64,000 nucleotides of DNA, from positions 168,471 to 232,470 of the forward strand of contig NZ_CP092099.1 of assembly GCF_022259695.1 (NCBI RefSeq), given 5' to 3'. This document shows, piece after piece, positions 61,579 to 64,000 of the stretch (positions are counted from its first letter, which is position 1; each line of letters starts with the position of its first letter). The stretch is from Flaviramulus sp. BrNp1-15 (GTDB lineage: Bacteria; Bacteroidota; Bacteroidia; Flavobacteriales; Flavobacteriaceae). The position numbers and the translations under genes are program-made. The notes beneath the pieces were generated by a model. That model was given only the letters and a program-made list of their open reading frames with translations, made no database searches and was not told the DNA's origin.

Positions 61579-63111
61579 TTAGTTTGTTACTCTATAAATT
61601 GGCAATATTTCTTGTTCGTTAGTATTTAATACACCAAAAGACACAAAGCTATTTGGTGCTTCTGGTTCTAAAACTTCAGGAATTATATTTGCTCTTCTTT
61701 GATTCATTGATATTTTAAAAGTTCCTTTAGGAAAAAGAATTGTTTTCTTTTCAATTTTAGCTTCAACTGTTTGAAGATTCATTTTTTCATATTTTTTTGA
61801 ATCTTTTTGATATGTTGAAATCAAATAAGCTTCAACTTCTATTTCTTGGTCTTCTGTTAAAGTTTCAAGTTTTACACCTAATGTTTTTAATTTTTCTATA
61901 ATCTCTTTTTGATTAGCGTCTATTAAATATGCTATTGGCCGTTTACGTACCAATTTTGGTTTAGATTTTAAAGCATCTCTAATGGTAACCTCTAAATCTA
62001 TCATTTCATTAGAGTCTAAATCTATAGCCTTTATGTTGTCTTTGTAAATAGATTTTGAACTTGTTACAATAACCTCATTATGTTGCTCATTAGCTTTTTT
62101 AATTTCATTTTTAACACGTTCTATATTATTGTAAGCTGTTTCTAAATAAGATACTGCTATTAAAAAAGTTGTATTTATGCGTCTTTTAAATGACGTGCGT
62201 CCCAAACCAACACCTCTTACTTCTATTAGTGTTGAAATGGTATTAGCCAACGCACAATTTGTTGCGCTTGAACGTGAGTTTGTTGCTCCTTGATTAAAAT
62301 GAATTTCGCCGCCAAACTTTCCTGTTGACATATAATCATGATGCATTAGACCATTTTTGTCAAGCACTTTTCTTGCATTTTCTACAAAAAGGTTATTGGT
62401 AATTTCTCTTATGTTTTTTGGTACATTTAAGTTTCCTGTATATAAAAACATAATGTCGTAAATAGAGGTAATCCCAAAATCGCTAAACTGTGAAAAATCT
62501 TTACGATAAGGTCTATATTCATGAAAGTCTACAACTACTTCAGGATTAAAATTTGAAAATGCTTGTTTTAATACTACACTTTCTGGTGCCATTAACTTGG
62601 TTTGATCTCTATTTAGATCCAAGCCATTTGCAGCATACCTGTTTTGCTTTAAATACCCATCAATATTTGACATAGGAACAATTGCTAAATCAACATTGTC
62701 TAACAAATAAGTATAGTCTGTGTCATTTAATATTTTGTCTAACAAATAAAGTAAACCTTCTGTACTTGCAGGCTCATTACCATGTAAGCCACCTTGCATC
62801 CAAACTTTAATTTTTTCGTTTGTATTTGGTGTTGTTAATCTAACTAATGGAATTTTATACCCTTTTTGGCTTTCTCCAATAAAACTTAGTTTAATCTTAT
62901 CAGGATGTTTCTTTACCAAACTATTTAGAAATGAAATAAGCTCATCATAATTAGTAAACCCCTTCTTTTTTTGTAAAGCTGGTGTTATATTTTCTAAAGC
63001 TTCATACTCTAGAAAAAACTTCTGAGTTATTTTTTTTGATTGTGGACTTATTTGCGCATAAATATGTCCTGCAAATAATAAAAAAACTAATATGTATACT
63101 TTTTTAATCAT
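61579..63111 (-). CDS. M14 family zinc carboxypeptidase, secreted
   Basis: Signal peptide; HGNE zinc-binding motif of M14; 510 aa. Confidence 0.8.
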   Translation of the reverse strand: MIKKVYILVFLLFAGHIYAQISPQSKKITQKFFLEYEALENITPALQKKKGFTNYDELISFLNSLVKKHPDKIKLSFIGESQKGYKIPLVRLTTPNTNEKIKVWMQGGLHGNEPASTEGLLYLLDKILNDTDYTYLLDNVDLAIVPMSNIDGYLKQNRYAANGLDLNRDQTKLMAPESVVLKQAFSNFNPEVVVDFHEYRPYRKDFSQFSDFGITSIYDIMFLYTGNLNVPKNIREITNNLFVENARKVLDKNGLMHHDYMSTGKFGGEIHFNQGATNSRSSATNCALANTISTLIEVRGVGLGRTSFKRRINTTFLIAVSYLETAYNNIERVKNEIKKANEQHNEVIVTSSKSIYKDNIKAIDLDSNEMIDLEVTIRDALKSKPKLVRKRPIAYLIDANQKEIIEKLKTLGVKLETLTEDQEIEVEAYLISTYQKDSKKYEKMNLQTVEAKIEKKTILFPKGTFKISMNQRRANIIPEVLEPEAPNSFVSFGVLNTNEQEILPIYRVTN

Positions 63112-63112
63112 C

Positions 63113-64000
63113 CTATAAGGCTAATGTTAAAATAAGTCTTGCTAAAGTTTCGTTTCCAGAAATAGGATTTCCGTTATTATCGTTTATTCCATCACTTCCA
63201 TCAACATAAGTCCAAGATGCCTGAATTTTTGCACCATAACTTCTAGACAGGTATTTGCTTATTCCAATAGTGTAATAATTTGGCCTGTTGTAAAAAGTTG
63301 CATTGTTTAAAAATGAATGTTCATCTGCATTTAAATGCGTATATCGTCCATCAATAGAAATACCATTTTTAAACACATAGCCCATTTGAATATTAAAAGC
63401 ATCACCTAACATCATTCTTCCTTTTACATAATTTTCTACATCTTGAATACCATCTACCTCAAAATTTGTTGAAATTGAGCCACTATTAAGTATGCGTTGA
63501 GTTATATCATCAGGCACTGTTGCTTTTGTTTTTACATATTCTCCAAGTACCGAAAAACCGCTATACTTTAACATAAAATCAACACCATATTTTGTGAAAT
63601 CTGGCAACGATTCTTCATTAGCATCATTTAAATAAATAATATCTCCACTTCCCCTTCCTCGTCTACTACTCATCCCATTATTATGACTAAAGTTTACGCC
63701 TACAACTAATTTTGGTGCCGATTCTCGAACTATATCTGCTTGTCTAAATTGTCCGAAATTTGTAAACAATCCAAAAGGCAAATAATCTATTCTGCCACCA
63801 ACTTTTAATCCTCCGTGGTCTTTTCCAAGAACATTACCGCCATCGCCATTTGTTAAAACAAAATATGGTCTTAAATAAGAGCCTCGACCCGATCTGAAAT
63901 TTCCTGACATAAATAAACCAAACTCACGTATGCTTGCAAATGCTGAAGTAACTCTACTACGCTCAACCAACTGAAGTGTGTTTGAGGCCATAAACAATTC
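63113..64000 (-). CDS. outer-membrane porin-like protein, paralog of 60342..61559; 5' end lies beyond the window
   Basis: Alignable to 60342..61559 (REFGLF...GDG..GG.K.GGR.D..P.G.FT). The reading frame is open to the window edge. Confidence 0.5.
   Translation of the reverse strand, partial: ELFMASNTLQLVERSRVTSAFASIREFGLFMSGNFRSGRGSYLRPYFVLTNGDGGNVLGKDHGGLKVGGRIDYLPFGLFTNFGQFRQADIVRESAPKLVVGVNFSHNNGMSSRRGRGSGDIIYLNDANEESLPDFTKYGVDFMLKYSGFSVLGEYVKTKATVPDDITQRILNSGSISTNFEVDGIQDVENYVKGRMMLGDAFNIQMGYVFKNGISIDGRYTHLNADEHSFLNNATFYNRPNYYTIGISKYLSRSYGAKIQASWTYVDGSDGINDNNGNPISGNETLARLILTLAL

Noticed and set aside
1-64000. CRISPR arrays, rRNA genes, prophage/integrase, toxin-antitoxin or defence-island signatures
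   Set aside because: No regularly spaced direct repeats with unique spacers, no rRNA-like conserved boxes, and no integrase, recombinase, RT, nuclease or ATPase gene combinations typical of defence systems were seen.

Overview
This is a low-GC, Bacteroidetes/Flavobacteriia-like chromosomal window with T9SS C-terminal sorting domains, AT-rich promoters and no Shine-Dalgarno bias. It is mostly core metabolism and housekeeping. Named genes include HupE/UreJ, NAD-dependent threonine-dehydrogenase-like epimerase, ssb, nadB-nadA, ppc, a nitrogen-assimilation island (porin-amt-glnK-amt divergent from gltB-gltD), fbp, lysC, an ArsR/DUF6428/GNAT mini-ars cluster, mgtE, rsmA(ksgA), serS, ribF, pth, rplY, prs, tRNA-Leu, two T9SS-secreted hydrolases and an M14 carboxypeptidase flanked by two paralogous porin-like outer-membrane proteins. 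Accessory content is an IS1595-family transposase with small ORFs, in an AT-rich, gene-poor stretch. Six observations are not explained by standard annotation. (1) A ~600-bp tandem array of one near-canonical tRNA-Tyr plus five degenerate tRNA-like units. (2) A 601-aa uncharacterized protein directly upstream of nadA-nadB. (3) Two families of structured interspersed repeats: a GGATTCCCG-N6-CGGGAATGACAA hairpin element (4 copies) and a ~90-nt stem-closed element (3 copies), two of which abut the stop codons of divalent-cation transporter genes. (4) A structured transcribed region at 7.09-7.42 kb with tandem 9-mers and two terminators. (5) An OlsF-like bifunctional acyltransferase next to aspartokinase. 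(6) Homopolymer tracts inside a Lys-rich TPR gene. No CRISPR array, no rRNA and no obvious defence or toxin system could be supported from sequence alone.
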